This document shows, in pieces, positions 1-14,319 of a stretch of 64,000 nucleotides of DNA (its first letter is position 1; each line of letters starts with the position of its first letter). A program made the translations under genes and the position numbers. The DNA is from Eledone cirrhosa (taxonomy: Eukaryota): positions 380,928,001 to 380,992,000 of the forward strand of contig OZ024741.1 of NCBI GenBank assembly GCA_964016885.1, in the 5' to 3' direction. The notes below the pieces were generated by a model. That model worked only from the letters and a program-made list of their open reading frames with translations. It did no database searches and was not told the origin of the DNA.

Positions 1-2669
1 CACTGTTGGACCTTTTCAATCCAGCAGGATTCACAACAGACCCTGAAAAAAGGGTTGGCATTGAAACAGAGATAACATAGGGTTAGAGGATCACTTTTGC
101 TTTGCTGAGGACGTAACAAACTTTCTATAGTTTGTACTATGAAAAAATGCACTTGGTATATTCTTTACATGGTAATACTACTGGTGCCAGAATAAAATGC
201 ACTTAATACACTCTGGAAAGAGGTTGGCAAAAGAATGATTATCCAGCATTAGAAACCACACCAAAATATAGAATGTATGAGCAATATATGGTTCTTCTAT
301 CCAGCTAGTTTTAGATCATAATTGCCCATCAAAACCCTATCAGCATGGAGAAATGTTATCTCAATGATAATGATGATGATGACAATGATTGTGGAACCAG
401 GACTGTATTAATTAGTGTATTAATTGAAAAAATGAGGGTATGTTGTGAATGAAATTTGGATGCTATTTCTAGTAGGTTGAATAATCATGTAAAGATATCT
501 TTGTTGCTTGATTCATAAACGAATAGCAGTAATGGGCATTAAATGAGTCACATCATTTAACCACAGGCCAGCACTGATTGAGCTAACCTTATAGCTACAT
601 GCATCCCAGCTGTAATCATCCCATCATTTAACCAAATATTGAGTAATGAGGACAACACTATTCTATATGTAATCAAAACTAACAGAAATTTGTAGGGCTT
701 ACTTTGTGTTCAAATGCACATGGAGAAATTGAACCATTGATTCTTTCATTCATTCATTCAGTTAACCTGAAACACTTAATTCTTCTGTATGATCAAACAC
801 CATTAAGACAGTCTTATACATACAACAGAAAAATGAGGTAGAAAAATTATCCTATTGGCCAATCTGGTATCACATCCTCTCTCACTTCTAGACCCATAAC
901 CCATCATGCTACATAATGTGTTCTTAAATTTTTAAGCTGTTAATGTGTGTTGTCATAGATATTTGGCTGTTAAGTCTAGCATTTCATGTGACCATGGGGA
1001 GGCTCTATCATTTGCTCATGATTCACATCATTTACGGTGTAGTTATGACTATTGCAGAATCTTGTATAGTTCCCTATAATTGTGTGGCCTTACGCCAAAC
1101 TTAGAAAAAAATCAATATTTGAAAGAGGTCATTAGACTAGATTGTGAAAGATAGACAACTAATGGTATATTTGTTATATAGAGATGATGATTATGAGTTG
1201 AGAATTGATGTAGCTTACACCTGAACTATTTTGTTAAGTTCTTTCAACACTGTCAGTGCCCATACTTGAGAATCTATCTAATTTTCAGTAAGTTATATTT
1301 GAAATATATAACTATCAAAACAATAAAGGAAGTTCATTCTTCTAATACTGTAGTGAAATCGACTAAAACAAATTATTGTTTTCTGTTATAGTTCTATTCA
1401 CATCAAAGATGCATTACGGGAAAACAAAGCAACCCAGTACATGACTAGTACATCATTTTGATTTTTTATATACTGGTTGTCAAATCCTGTAAAACCACAT
1501 GGCACCATATATCTATAATTTCATGCTTATATCCCTTTTCCTGTCACCCCATAACCCTGCAGAGCAAAGAAGGCTCTTCAGTTGGGAAAAAAAAAACTGA
1601 CACCTCTCTAGTGTTGATGATCTATATAAATACACCCACTACATGCTGTAAAGTGGCTGGTGGTATGAAGGGCATCCCACCATAGAGTGCTTGTCAAACA
1701 ACGGGTATGAGGCTCCTTCAGTTGTGTCAAAACTTACTAACCTCCTTAGTGTTTATGCTATGGGAAAATGCACTCAGCAGAATGTGGTATCCTATGTAAG
1801 CAAGAATGCATGCTCCTGGCCTGTCTAAGATGTAACTAGTCTTGCATCAGTAATGACTCAGTCTATGAAAACCCATGTACCCTTGATAGTTGAGAAAGCA
1901 TACGTTGATGATGATTATAATGATGATAGCACTGTGCCTCATACCATATGTTTCATAACATAAGCACTGTAGAAACTACACTCTGACTGAGACAACAGAA
2001 AGAAAATTAAACCGATTAGGCTTAAAAATAATCATTAATATTAAAAGTTAAAGAGGAGTCCCTTATATGATCATGTGACCAGCAAGAAATAGCAGCCTCA
2101 AGTCACTCAACTAATATTACTATGATTTTTGGACATACTGCATAACAAATCCTTAACAAGATGGGATGATACTGTCAGTATGGTATTTGCTTATCAGTCT
2201 GTTAGTTCAAGGCTAGCTTGGTGCTAAATATCAGAAAAATCAATTCGTGCAGTTCTAGTTTATGTTATAATTCATGGGCTTTCTGTTATAATTCTAATTT
2301 GGAATGACAGGTAAAGCCAAGCCAGCATTTCGGGATTTTGTGGTTGATATTATATGCACATATGCACACACACATGCATACACACATAGAAACATACATA
2401 TACACACACCTAACAAACCTTGTATGTTGTTGCTTTTTAGTCCCAGGTCAGCCCGATTGAAGAAAGCTAGGCTTGATATATTCCAGCTATGATTATCGTA
2501 TTATATGTAATGTCCCTTTTAATTTTTTGAGGCACTAGATTTAGCTGATATTTTTAGCAATATGCATTGTGTTTCTAAGTAATTTGCATCTATTAAGTTA
2601 ACTACTGCAGTTTCAAAGAGAATATTTCTCAAAATCTAAATAAATAACTAAAAGTTTAATGTCTATCTC

Positions 2670-2936
2670 AAGCCTTGAGGCTCCTCACATCTGTGCTGAT
2701 CCCAGTTTTTGTTGGCATTAAGTGACTGAGTGTACAAGCCTCCCCATTGGACAGGACACCAGTTATGACTGGCCTAAACCTCCGAGTAAAGCTAGTACAC
2801 ATTTTCAGCTGAATATACTGGAGCCATGTAAAATGAAGTGCTATGCTCAAAAATACATTATACAACCCAATCCAGGAATCAAACTCATTACATTATGATT
2901 GTAATTCCAACACTTGTACCACTAGGCCATGTGCCT
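2670..2936 (-). mobile_element. degenerate tRNA-headed SINE
   Basis: Reverse complement starts GGCACATGGCCTAGTGG (A box) ... GAGTTTGATTCC (B box); similar to the copy at 58357-58690. Confidence 0.6.
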
Positions 2937-3600
2937 TCAATTAAATAAATATGGTGTTAGAAAATAATGAAATAACACTGAACTTCTGAAGCTTGAAGCG
3001 ACTACAAATATTTGTTGTTTTCTGCTAAATATTATGACTACAACTGGAGGTCGTCAAACCTTTCATTACTATATTGTTAATGATATATAATGTCCATCTG
3101 CATTAATCAATATTGAAAACAAGAATTTAGAATGATGCAGTATAATAATCATTCCTTTGGAAAATTACAAAAGTTTCTTACACAAAGTTCTGATGGTGGG
3201 TGGGTTAATTTAGTTAAGAAAGTTTTAGAAGATGGTTTTATCACAGAACAAGAGAAAATCTCAGAAAGTTTAGCATCACAAGGGTCACACCCAGTACTCA
3301 GTTATGAAATATTTATGAGAAATATTATTTAAAAGCGACAACGGATTGGTGAAGTCAGTTATGTGGCAAAATCATTAGCATATTGGATAGAATCCTTTGA
3401 AGCATTAGTTTTCATTCTTTGTGGTCTCAGCTGAAATCCTGCCAAGATCAACTTTGTCTTTCATCATTCCTGGGTTGATATATAAAAGTACCAATAAAGT
3501 ACTGTGTTTGATTCTGTCTTCCTCTTTTTCTGTATCTGATTTATTGAGTTATTGTAGACACACATCAAGGTTTTTTTCTTTGTAACTTTTTAATGTATGG

Positions 3601-3710
3601 TCTACTGGGAACCTTTTTTGAACTGTCCCACTGAAATGTACTAGATCTTAAAACATCTACTGGGAACCTTTTTTGAACTGTCCCACTGAAATGTACTAGA
3701 TCTTAAAACA
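3601..3710. repeat. 55-bp perfect tandem duplication
   Basis: TCTACTGGGAACC...GATCTTAAAACA occurs twice back to back. Confidence 0.9.
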
Positions 3711-4557
3711 CTATTAGCATTTTTCATTTTTTGATGTGTTATGTTGTTGCCCGCTAACTGAATTTTTTTCTTCTGATGTTTGATGTCAAAAAATACTTTT
3801 ACTTCTTTTTGTTCTTCATGGAAACATAATCCTTTGCAAGCTAATTTTAAAAGAATTTTCTTCACAATAATTATAACTCTTCACATTCATATTCTGCAGA
3901 GTAATATGTAAATTTCTGTGTGATAAATGCCAGGGAGGAACAATATTTCCTGAGTGTGAGCGGTGTTTATATCAGAAAAGCATGAATGACTACCAAAAAA
4001 TAGACAAAGAAGGACAAAAGGGAGAAAGAAAACAAAAAAGAAGGTAAAGTCAGGAACAAAGAAACAAAGTAGGGCAGATATAATCAATCTTGTAAATTAA
4101 ATATTTATCATTTGTTTCCAAGACAATGGTTTGTGTGATCACTTATCTCCATTATCGGCATTTGTGGAGTTTCTTTTTTATTCCAATAAAAATAAATCAC
4201 CTCATAAATACTGTATCTATACAGTGACTAATAATATGAAGCTTCAAAGATAAGAAATATTATTATGAAGGTATTTTTTAAAAAGGCCTTAATTTAAGAA
4301 TATATTATATTTAAATTGGATACTAAATACTTACATATTTAAAATTATAATTCTTATGTTATATATACAATTAAGGTATGTAAATATTAGCAGTGTTATC
4401 TTTGATGTGAGTTGTGAATGTGATGAGGTAGGTGTACAATTAAATGGACTGCAAGCTTAGAAAAAGATCTATTATATTAATGTGTGTACCTGTATGTTAA
4501 AATGGTGGAGCAAGGAGCAAACAGAGAAAGGGAGAGTGGGAGAGAGAGAAAAAAAAC

Positions 4558-4574
4558 AGAGAGAGAGAGAGAGA

Positions 4575-4665
<91 letters not shown>
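4558..4665. repeat. (GA)n microsatellite
   Basis: direct reading. Confidence 0.95.
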
Positions 4666-4666
<1 letters not shown>

Positions 4667-5306
4667 ACTGTTTACGGAAGTGTTATATTTTTTGGCCTTT
4701 AAAGTTGACTGACTGAGAAATCATCATCTTCCATCTTCATCATTATCACCATCATGTTCAATGTGAGTTTTTGTGTGTGATTGTATGTGTTTGTATAGAC
4801 ATTCTAACACACATGCACATTTGGAAGCTGTTAGTACCAACTTTTATGTGATGAAGGTAATAATTATAATTTGCATTGAGTACTGTGTTCCCTTTATCTG
4901 TTCAACAGAAACTTTCAATACTAATCATATATATGATATATAAGTGAGTAGGTAAAGATTTTTTTCTTAACTTGTTTGCTTTTTCCATATTTAATATTAT
5001 TAGGCTCTGAATCTGTTAATTTTATTAACTCTTTCATTGAACCAAATTCAGTATAAGTTGGACACTCTGTATGTATGTATTTTTCTATATTTGTATCTAT
5101 ACTCCTGTAGAGGTATGTATATCGTCATTTAATATACTATACACTCTTTATGGTAGAGTTAAAGTTTGGCGCAATCAAACTAATTTCCAGCAGCACGTTG
5201 CCTGCCATAGTCCACTGTCCTTCCCTCCTGCTGGTCACTTGTCCCTTGATAGTTCTTTCATTCGAAATCTTCATTGACAGCGAATGGCTGGGAATTCTTG
5301 TCTTGA

Positions 5307-5339
<33 letters not shown>

Positions 5340-5499
5340 TACAATATCGGAGAAAGCTTTTTAGCGATACTCCGGCCAAATTCCAACTCACTCAACAAAC
5401 ATTAGGAAATAAGTGATTATATTCCCAATTAAGCGTTCGAGGTGCTAACTAAAAGTATTGCGTGGAAAATTGGCTGTATTATTTAATATGAGACATATC

Positions 5500-5535
<36 letters not shown>

Positions 5536-5685
5536 TATATATACAGTTGTCGGGTTGCAGGTAAATGTGTCCGTAGAAGGTATACCGGTTGAGCACTCGA
5601 TGCTCACGCAGAGCAGAGTATAATATTATAAAGAACGAGGAATCAGGTTTGCATTATATCACATTTATAATTATATATATATATA

Positions 5686-5814
5686 GGGTGGGTAAAATTC
5701 TCGAGATCCATGGATGAGTTCCCTCCAGCGGTCTCTGTTCTTCATCATCGCTGCCATGTCCTGCGTCTCCAAGAGACTAGTGTCTGTCCTTAGGGCATCA
5801 ACATATGTCAACCT
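5686..5814 (-). pseudogene. RTE-type LINE 3'-terminal fragment
   Basis: Translates [43 protein letters not shown], nearly identical to the end of 16567-16893; ends in (TA)n. Confidence 0.8.
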
Positions 5815-7078
5815 CGAACCTAGGCGACACGATAGCACACACAAATAGGAGAAATATACGCAAACACATGCACCATAACAACCAGCCACTAGCACAACCC
5901 AAAACGAAACCACACAGACAAAAATCCACAACAACCGACGTGCCAGCTCCACACAGAATACAAACGACCGGCAACGTAACAACACATCCGTAACCCCCAA
6001 CTGCAACTGCAAAAAGTGGGTAGAATACCCATTGAATGAGGAGTGCCTCGTTAAAAACATTATTTACAGGTGCGATGTCACAGCCGGCCTAAAAGTGTAC
6101 TCCTACATAGGGGCGATCTCGACTACGTTTAAGGAGCGCTGGTACAACCACAAAAGTTTCTTCAAACACAGGCCCAAACGCTCCCAAACAAGACTAGCGG
6201 ACTTGACCTGGGACCTCAAAGACAAGAACATAGAATACCAGATCAAATGGTCAGTTAAAAGACGCGTGGCCCAACTCCCCAACCATAGAAACCACTGCAG
6301 GTTATGCCTGGCCGTGGCGGTTGAGATCATTAAATTGAAATCGGCCATAAACTCAAGATCTGACATAATAATAAACTGCATACACACCAGGATGAGCACC
6401 TTATCCGCACAAACATTTGGCCGAGGGCCAGCCACTAACCCTGACTCAACATGGGGATAACCACCTTTGCCTTGCCACACCTTCCCTCATCTCAGTACCT
6501 TTGTCTTCTCTAACATGTAACCCATTATTAAGATCAGATCTTGTAAATAGCATGTCGCACCCATCACCACCACCAAGCACACAGCCATACTTCCACAACC
6601 ATCAATATCACCAATACTTTGCCTACCCAGACATTTGACCAGGTGCCATTGACTAACCCTACATCGAAATCGACATAGGGATACTCACCAATACCTTACC
6701 ACACCATCCCTCATTTCAGTACCATTGTTTTCTCTGTGTCTTCTCTGTCAGTTATTAACTTGTAACACATCGTAACATTCGATCCTGTATATATCATGTC
6801 GTACCCCCCCCCCCCCACCAAACACATCGCCATACATCGACCATCTCTCATTTCAGTACCATTGTTTTCTCTGTCGCTTTTTGACCTGTAATCCATCGCA
6901 ATATTCGATCCTGTAAATATCATGTTGTACCCATCACCCCCACCACCACCAAGCACATCGCCATACTTCCACAACCATCAACATCACCAACACATAGCAT
7001 GCCTATCATCCCACCCTAAACAACGCATATGTGTGTGTCTGTGTGTAAGTATGTTTGTACAACCGCCATCCCCACTGG

Positions 7079-7116
<38 letters not shown>

Positions 7117-7682
7117 GTGTATGTATATATAATATATTTGTCAGGCTGCGTGTGTATATGTGTATCTCCTTATAGAATGAGCCCCCTTAACAATCCACCA
7201 CCACAAATATCACCCCCCATAAACACCACAACATTTCATCCTTATCATAAACAACATCACATGCACACCACACACAAACATCAGCGACATTTACAGGCCA
7301 AACTGTCTACCGCCAACCAGCCCCCCCCCCCCCCCCCCCCCCACCACCACACACACCACCACCCACTTAAACCTACGACCGGAAACAACAAATTATCACC
7401 CCCCCCCCCACATACACTACAGGCAAAAACATCCCTATGAGTTAATCCAGCAATCAAAACAAACTTTACTGACCACCATAGGAACATCTGACTTTATCAT
7501 ACGACATGTATATTCATTTTTCCATTAACATTACAAGGGGTCTGACGAGCTGCGGATAACAGAGCCGGGTCAGATCGATACAGATGGAATCTTGAGCTGA
7601 TCAGTGGCGAAACGTGCGTCACCAACCAATAGACGTAATGAAGGAGTAACCAATCGTCCTTGTTATTTTATTTCACTAGACA
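5808..7682 (+). mobile_element. 5'-truncated Penelope-like element (GIY-YIG endonuclease, 3' UTR, pLTR)
   Basis: CNCxxxxxxPLxxxCL linker, IIY...YIG...FKERWYNH...CRLCL...CIH (ORF 6032-6460), tandem degenerate 3' UTR repeats, HHR at 7539-7623, ends at a TA tract. Confidence 0.85.
7539..7623 (+). ncRNA. minimal type-I hammerhead ribozyme
   Basis: ggt CTGACGA [stem II gctgc...gtggc] GAAAC GTGC GTC acc; stem I is short. Confidence 0.65.
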
Positions 7683-7726
7683 CATATATATTTATAAGAT
7701 CAAAAGATGGTTAAAAGAGTTCCATG

Positions 7727-7797
7727 TATTTTATTATGCGCATTTCAAAAACAAATATCATCATGCAATAACATTTGTGTTTTCGTCAGATAAAATA
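7727..7797 (-). ncRNA. hammerhead ribozyme (sense pLTR copy)
   Basis: reverse complement of 9698-9768. Confidence 0.85.
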
Positions 7798-8721
7798 GGA
7801 AGACATGATATGAAGGTTAAAATACACTTGTGAATAGTGCAGTTTTAAATCAACATATGAAAAGAAGTTTTAGATTGATGTGTGATATTGGGAACAAAAA
7901 ATTTGAGGGGGGTGGGGTGGAAAGGATGAAAAAGAGGAAGAGATGAGAGTAAAAAGTGGAGGGGGAGGAGTATAATGAGGAAGGATGAGATAGGAGGAGA
8001 GATGGGTGATAGAGAGAGATAGCTTTTATAACTGAGAAAAATATATTGTTTTACATAGAGAGGTTGAAAAATCGTTGGAAGATAATATATAAATTAAAAG
8101 AATTTGAAAATTAACGAAGAGAAAGATAATGTTAAGTTAGGGTTTGTATATTGAAGGGTTTAATAATATGTGCGATGAAAAGAAATTGTTAATATGTATT
8201 AAGAATAATATTTAAGGGTTTAATAATATGTGCGATGGAAAGAAAATGTTGACATGTATTATTAAAAAATATAAAAATATAGCAATAGTAATGTAAGTAA
8301 GGATATATTGTGAAAGAAGTAGAAGATTGGATGAATAAGTTAGATGAGCATGAAAGGGAGAAAAAAATAATGAATTGAGGATGAATAATCTAACGTCAAA
8401 AAAAAATGTTTATGTTTACGAAGGATTTTTTTTCAAGGTGATATGAAGTAAGAATATATTGTAATGTGTAATAATTGTTTCTATGTTAGGCAACAATGAG
8501 AAAAGGTACAGATTAGGGGTTAGAAATTAAAAGAAAAAGAAAAGGAAAGGAAAAGGAAGAAAGGGAAGTGATAAATAGGAGTGATATAGAATGAGTAACT
8601 AATATTATATAATGTATAATAAGTAACTTTGAAATAAGGTAGAAAGAAATATATATGTATATATATATATATATATATGTGCCTTTGAGAAAAGGATTTT
8701 AAATTGATAAAGTATTAGATA

Positions 8722-9600
8722 TTAGCTGTATACTTTATGGAATGTTCTGTGGAATTTATGCAAGCAGAGAGAAAACAAGTCAGTGCGTCTATTTATTATA
8801 GAATCTAAATTAGATATAATGGTAAATTTTTCATTTAAACAGAGATTGCAAGTCTTGGATAGAGAACTGTTCAAGTATGGACAAGCAGAAGAAACCTTTT
8901 TCCAAGAGATGTTATATTTAATATTTTTGTCTTTCAAGGACCATATGAGTTCTGAGAGTGCCATGTTGGTTTTTTTAAGTTGGTATTTAAAAGATGAATG
9001 ATGATTATAAAGACGAGCTTTAAATGAGGTGGAAGTGGAGCCAAAATAGGTGAAGGAATTGGTATCAGTTATAACTTTACATTCGTAGATTAAGTTTTTT
9101 TCAAGACAATGGTTGTTGAGAGGACATTTATTTTTAACAGGGCAATTGCAATTGCGATTAGAGAGATTAGCAGAGTTATTAACAAGTGACCTAGTGTTAT
9201 CTATAGAAGGAATTGGATTGGAGAAGTTATTTACGATAGGAATAATAGTTTCTTGATTTAGAATGGGATTAAGAACATTTAGCGAAGTTGTGTTTGACGT
9301 TGTATTTGGGTTTGCAGAAATTAGCCTAGAGTTTACAACGACGTCGGGAGTACTATTACTATTATTATGATATTCAGTGTTGGAAGGAAGAGATTTAGAT
9401 TTTAGTATTTTATTGTTGTGTTTAGAGATAATGTTGGAAATGTTGGAGGAGGTCGAATAGGAAAATTTTATAGTGTGTTTGTTAAATATTTTACTATAGA
9501 TATGTGAAGGAGGGAAGCATTTATTTAAGGCACTAAAGAATAATTTAGGAATATTATTATTAATAGAGATGGAGAAAGGAGCATTATACCAGAAATTTTT
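8722..9600 (-). pseudogene. PLE ORF C-terminal part (WYNxPFS region, CxC linker, GIY-YIG)
   Basis: KNFWYNAPFS...KIFNKHTIKFSYS...CNCPVKNKCPLNNHCL...IY...YFG...CNLCLNEK...CLH; frame appears open but is 5'-truncated. Confidence 0.85.
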
Positions 9601-9697
9601 TTCCCAGTATCACACATCAATCTAAAACTACTTTTCATATGTTGATTTAAAACTGCACTATTCACAAGTGTATTTTAACCTTCATATCATGTCTTCC

Positions 9698-9768
9698 TAT
9701 TTTATCTGACGAAAACACAAATGTTATTGCATGATGATATTTGTTTTTGAAATGCGCATAATAAAATA
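9698..9768 (+). ncRNA. hammerhead ribozyme
   Basis: tattttat CTGACGA [aaacacaaat...atttgttttt] GAAAT GCGC ATA ataaaata; perfect 8-bp stem I, palindromic loop 3. Confidence 0.88.
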
Positions 9769-9962
9769 CATGGAACTCTTTTAACCATCTTTTGATCTTA
9801 TATATTATTTATACTCCAGTCCTACAAACTGTAGAGTGCTTCTTATCCGATATCTGCATTGCTTTATTGTACTACAATAAAACTCACCTCCTACATATAT
9901 ATATATGCAGAGGTTATATTTAATTTGTTGGGATTCAACAAGCTTAACTATAACTATATATA

Positions 9963-10057
<95 letters not shown>

Positions 10058-10058
10058 A

Positions 10059-10089
<31 letters not shown>

Positions 10090-10187
10090 TAAATGAAGTA
10101 ATTCCGTCGGAAAAGTCCAGGAAAAAAGAGTGCTCTATGTAGGTAACAGAGCTTAATAGTTATGTAATAAACAACATAAGGCAATTA

Positions 10188-10246
10188 TTCCATTTACCAG
10201 TGGTTTCTTAAAAGCAAAAGATTTTGCTTACAATCCTCAGAATGAA
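10188..10246 (-). ncRNA. hammerhead ribozyme
   Basis: reverse complement of 14320-14378 (CTGAGGA...GAAACCACTGGTA). Confidence 0.75.
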
Positions 10247-10649
10247 AAAAATCCTGGTCTGTTTATTGAATTTGGATTTTAAAAAACAAAAAAAGCAATC
10301 TATATGAAAGTGAGGCTGGAGAAAGCAGAAGGAAAGGAAAAATAAAATAAAACCACACATGCAAACACACACACAAACACGCACACAAAAGCATACATAC
10401 ACACACACATATATATATATATTTATACATACACTCATACATACACACACACATATATACACACATATATGTGTATATAAATACACACATACACATACAT
10501 ATACACATATATACATACGCACATAAATATCAACACATCCATACATACACATACATATATAGAACCACACACACATACATACACACATACATACATATAG
10601 AAACATAAATATATATATATATACACATATATATATATATACATATGCA

Positions 10650-11040
10650 AAAGTTCTATTTAAAATTGTTGGGATACAACAAGTAAATATTTTTATAACT
10701 GATATAAAGCACTCGACAATCATTTGGAGTAGATATACGATATTAATAAATGGAAACTATATTTATAAAACCATATTTATTTCATTATACATATTTCAGG
10801 GATACCAAATTAAATTATGGTATGCCTTCATCAGACAAAATACAATATATAACAGTCCAGACAGCCTCCAAAAGTAATGGGTGTATTTTAAAGAGTACGT
10901 CAAACCTATTTGTAAAACTGTTATATATTGTATTTTGTCTGATGAAGGCATACCATAATTTAATGTGGTATCCCTGAAATATGTATAATGAAATAAATAT
11001 GGTTTTATAAATATAGTTTCCATTTATCAATATCGTATAA
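10650..11040. mobile_element. non-coding fold-back mini-PLE with two inverted HHRs
   Basis: Arms 10734-10853 and 10918-11039; HHRs at ~10778-10842(-) and 10931-10995(+); inserted in a TA tract and absent from the sister arm of the host inverted repeat. Confidence 0.8.
10931..10995 (+). ncRNA. hammerhead ribozyme
   Basis: tattttgt CTGATGA [aggcatacca...tggtatccct] GAAAT ATGT ATA atgaaata. Confidence 0.8.
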
Positions 11041-11480
11041 TTATATATACACATATATATATATATATATTTACAAGCATACACATACACAAACATAGCC
11101 ATACACACATACATATACATACATACATACATGCACACAATCATACATATATACACACGTACATACATACACATACATAAAAGCACTCATCTACATATTC
11201 ACATACGCAAATAAATATAAGAAAAAATATATATAAAAAAATAAAAATTATTATAGAGTTGACAGCGATACAAACAGCGGGTAGATGAACAGAAACGCGT
11301 GGTAAGTAATACACACAAATGCACGTATACATACGTACGAAATAGTGAATACATACACACACTCTCACAGATAAATATACATATACAAATACATAAACAC
11401 ATACATACACATACACAAATACATGCACAAACACGCACACACACACACGTATACAATTATACACACACACATATACACAC

Positions 11481-11519
<39 letters not shown>

Positions 11520-11645
11520 AATAAATATAAAAATACACACCCACATATATATGTATACATACAGACACACATATACATACATAGCTATACAATTATACAC
11601 ATACAAATACGTACATATCATAAACACGCACAACCAAATACAAAC

Positions 11646-11694
<49 letters not shown>

Positions 11695-11904
11695 ACATAC
11701 ATGTGTGTGTGTGTGTGTGTAAAACTCAGTCTTAGATAATTCATATGAACCTTACATATACATATATATAGTAGTAAAGTAATAAAGTAATAAGCAACAT
11801 AAGGCAATTATTCCATTCACCAGTGGTTCCTTAAAAGCAAAAAAAATGTTGCCTTCAATCTACAGAATGAAAAAAACCTGGTCTATCTACATATACATAT
11901 ATAT

Positions 11905-11991
<87 letters not shown>

Positions 11992-12179
11992 AATATACAT
12001 ACACCCACACATAGGTATGTGAAGGGCAAGGCAAAAAGAATATATGGGGGGCGGGAAGTCATAGGAAAAGGTGAAATATAAGGGGAGATAAGGGAGAAAA
12101 AAATATATACAAGAGTACAGAACGTAGATTCAGCAAAATAAAAAAAAACCGTAGCAGAAGTAAAGAGCAGGAAAGGAGT

Positions 12180-12600
12180 TCAAGGCGGTTGATTTATCAT
12201 AGGAGTGTCAATCCAGTTACAGATCAGATGCGATTTCAGATGAGGACAGCATCTGAAGATCTCAGTCTTTGAGTTAAGGCAAGCGGAAGTGGCTCTCAAG
12301 TTTAGCAAAATCCTATATTTTTCTGTGGTACACAAAGAACAATTCTTTGTGCCCCTTTGGTACTCCCTCGAATGGTCTAATATAGACCAATCGATAGAGT
12401 ACGGGATGTTACTATCCTTGAATTCCCACACCTTACTTGCGAGGGCCGTTGATGTTCGTTTATAGGAGTGCTTAAAAGAAGCGACATGTGAGTAAAATCT
12501 GGTTTTAAACTTGTCCTGGGTCATACCGACATATCGCTCACTCCTGGCTGGCTGGTTGTTGATTACCCGTGTTATTTTAGTCTCATAAACAACAGATTTG
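12180..12600 (-). pseudogene. PLE GIY-YIG endonuclease fragment
   Basis: KSVVY...RYVGMTQDKFKTRFYSH...TALASKVW...CSLCTTEK...CCPH. Confidence 0.85.
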
Positions 12601-12944
12601 GTGTTACAGAAAAATATAGGATTTTGCTAAACTTGAGAGCCACTTCCGCTTGCCTTAACTCAAAGACTGAGATCTTCAGATGCTGTCCTCATCTGAAATC
12701 GCATCTGATCTGTAACTGGATTGACACTCCTATGATAAATCAACCGCCTTGAACTCCTTTCCTGATCTTTACTTCTGCTACGGTTTTTTTATTTTGCTGA
12801 ATCTACGTTCTGTACTCTTGTATATATTTTTTTCTCCCTTATCTCCCCTTATATTTCACCTTTTCCTATGTCTTCCCGCCCCCCATATATTCTTTTTGCC
12901 TTGCCCTTCACATACCTATGTGTGGGTGTATGTATATTTATGTG

Positions 12945-12977
<33 letters not shown>

Positions 12978-13809
12978 GTGTGTGTGTGTGTGTATATATA
13001 TGTATATGTAGATAGACCAGGTTTTTTTCATTCTGTAGATTGAAGGCAAATTTTTTTTTGCTTTTAAGAAACCACTGATGAATGGAATAATTGCCTTATG
13101 TTGCTTATTACTTTATTACTTTACTACTATATATATGTATATGTAAGGTTCATATGAATTATCTAAGACTGAGTTTTACACACACACACATGTATGTTGT
13201 ATGTATGTATATATATATGTATGTGTGTGTGTGTGTGTTTGTATTTGGTTGTGCGTGTTTATGATATGTACGTATTTGTATGTGTATAATTGTATGGCTA
13301 TGTATGTATATGTGTGTGTGTATGTATACATATATATGTGTGTGTGTATTTTAATATTTATATATATATATACACATATATATATATATGTGTGTGTATA
13401 ATTGTATACGTGTGTGTGTGCGTGTTTGTGCATGTATTTGTGTATGTGTATGTATGTGTTTATGTATTTGTATATGTATATTTATCTGTGAGAGTGTGTG
13501 TATGTATTCACTATTTCGTACGTATGTATACGTGCATTTGTGTGTATTACTTACCACGCGTTTCTGTTCATCTACCCGCTGTTTGTATCGCTGTCAACTC
13601 TATAATAATTTTTATTTTTTTATATATATTTTTTCTTATATTTATTTGCGTATGTGAATATGTAGATGAGTGCTTTTACGTATGTGTATGTATGTACGTG
13701 TGTATATACATGTATGATTGTGTGCATGTATGTATGTATATGTATGTGTGTATGGCTATGTTTGTGTATGTGTATGCTTGTAAATATATATATATATATA
13801 TATATAGTA

Positions 13810-13843
<34 letters not shown>

Positions 13844-14015
13844 TTTTGTTTCTATATGTATGTATGTGTGTATATATGTGTGTGTGGTTGTATATATGTA
13901 TGTGTATGTATGGATGTGTTGATATTTATGTGCGTATGCATATATGTGTATATGTATGTGTATGTGTGTATTTAAGTACACATATATGTGTGTATATATG
14001 TGTGTGTATGTATGA

Positions 14016-14061
<46 letters not shown>

Positions 14062-14124
14062 AAATAACAAAGAACGCCTATAGCATATGCATATCTTTAC
14101 TTGCTAACATTGTTTCATCCGCAC

Positions 14125-14155
<31 letters not shown>

Positions 14156-14319
14156 ATGTATGCTTGTATGTGTGTGTGTGTGCGCGTGTTTGTGTGTGTG
14201 TGTTTGCATGTGTGGTTTTATTTTATTTTTCCTTTCCTTCTTCTTTCTCCAGCCTCACTTTCATATAGATTGCATTTTTGTTTTTTAAAATCCAAATTCA
14301 ATAAACAGACGAGGATTTT

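Larger units (their letters stand above)
7693..9895 (-). mobile_element. 5'-truncated PLE with inverted pLTR
   Basis: Arms 7693-7894 and 9601-9802 are inverted repeats; the right arm extends to ~9895; TA flanks on both sides. Confidence 0.9.

Noticed and set aside
5140-5305. Possible DNA-transposase C-terminal remnant on the minus strand (YQG...CW-like)
   Set aside because: Needs several frameshifts; too weak without a database search
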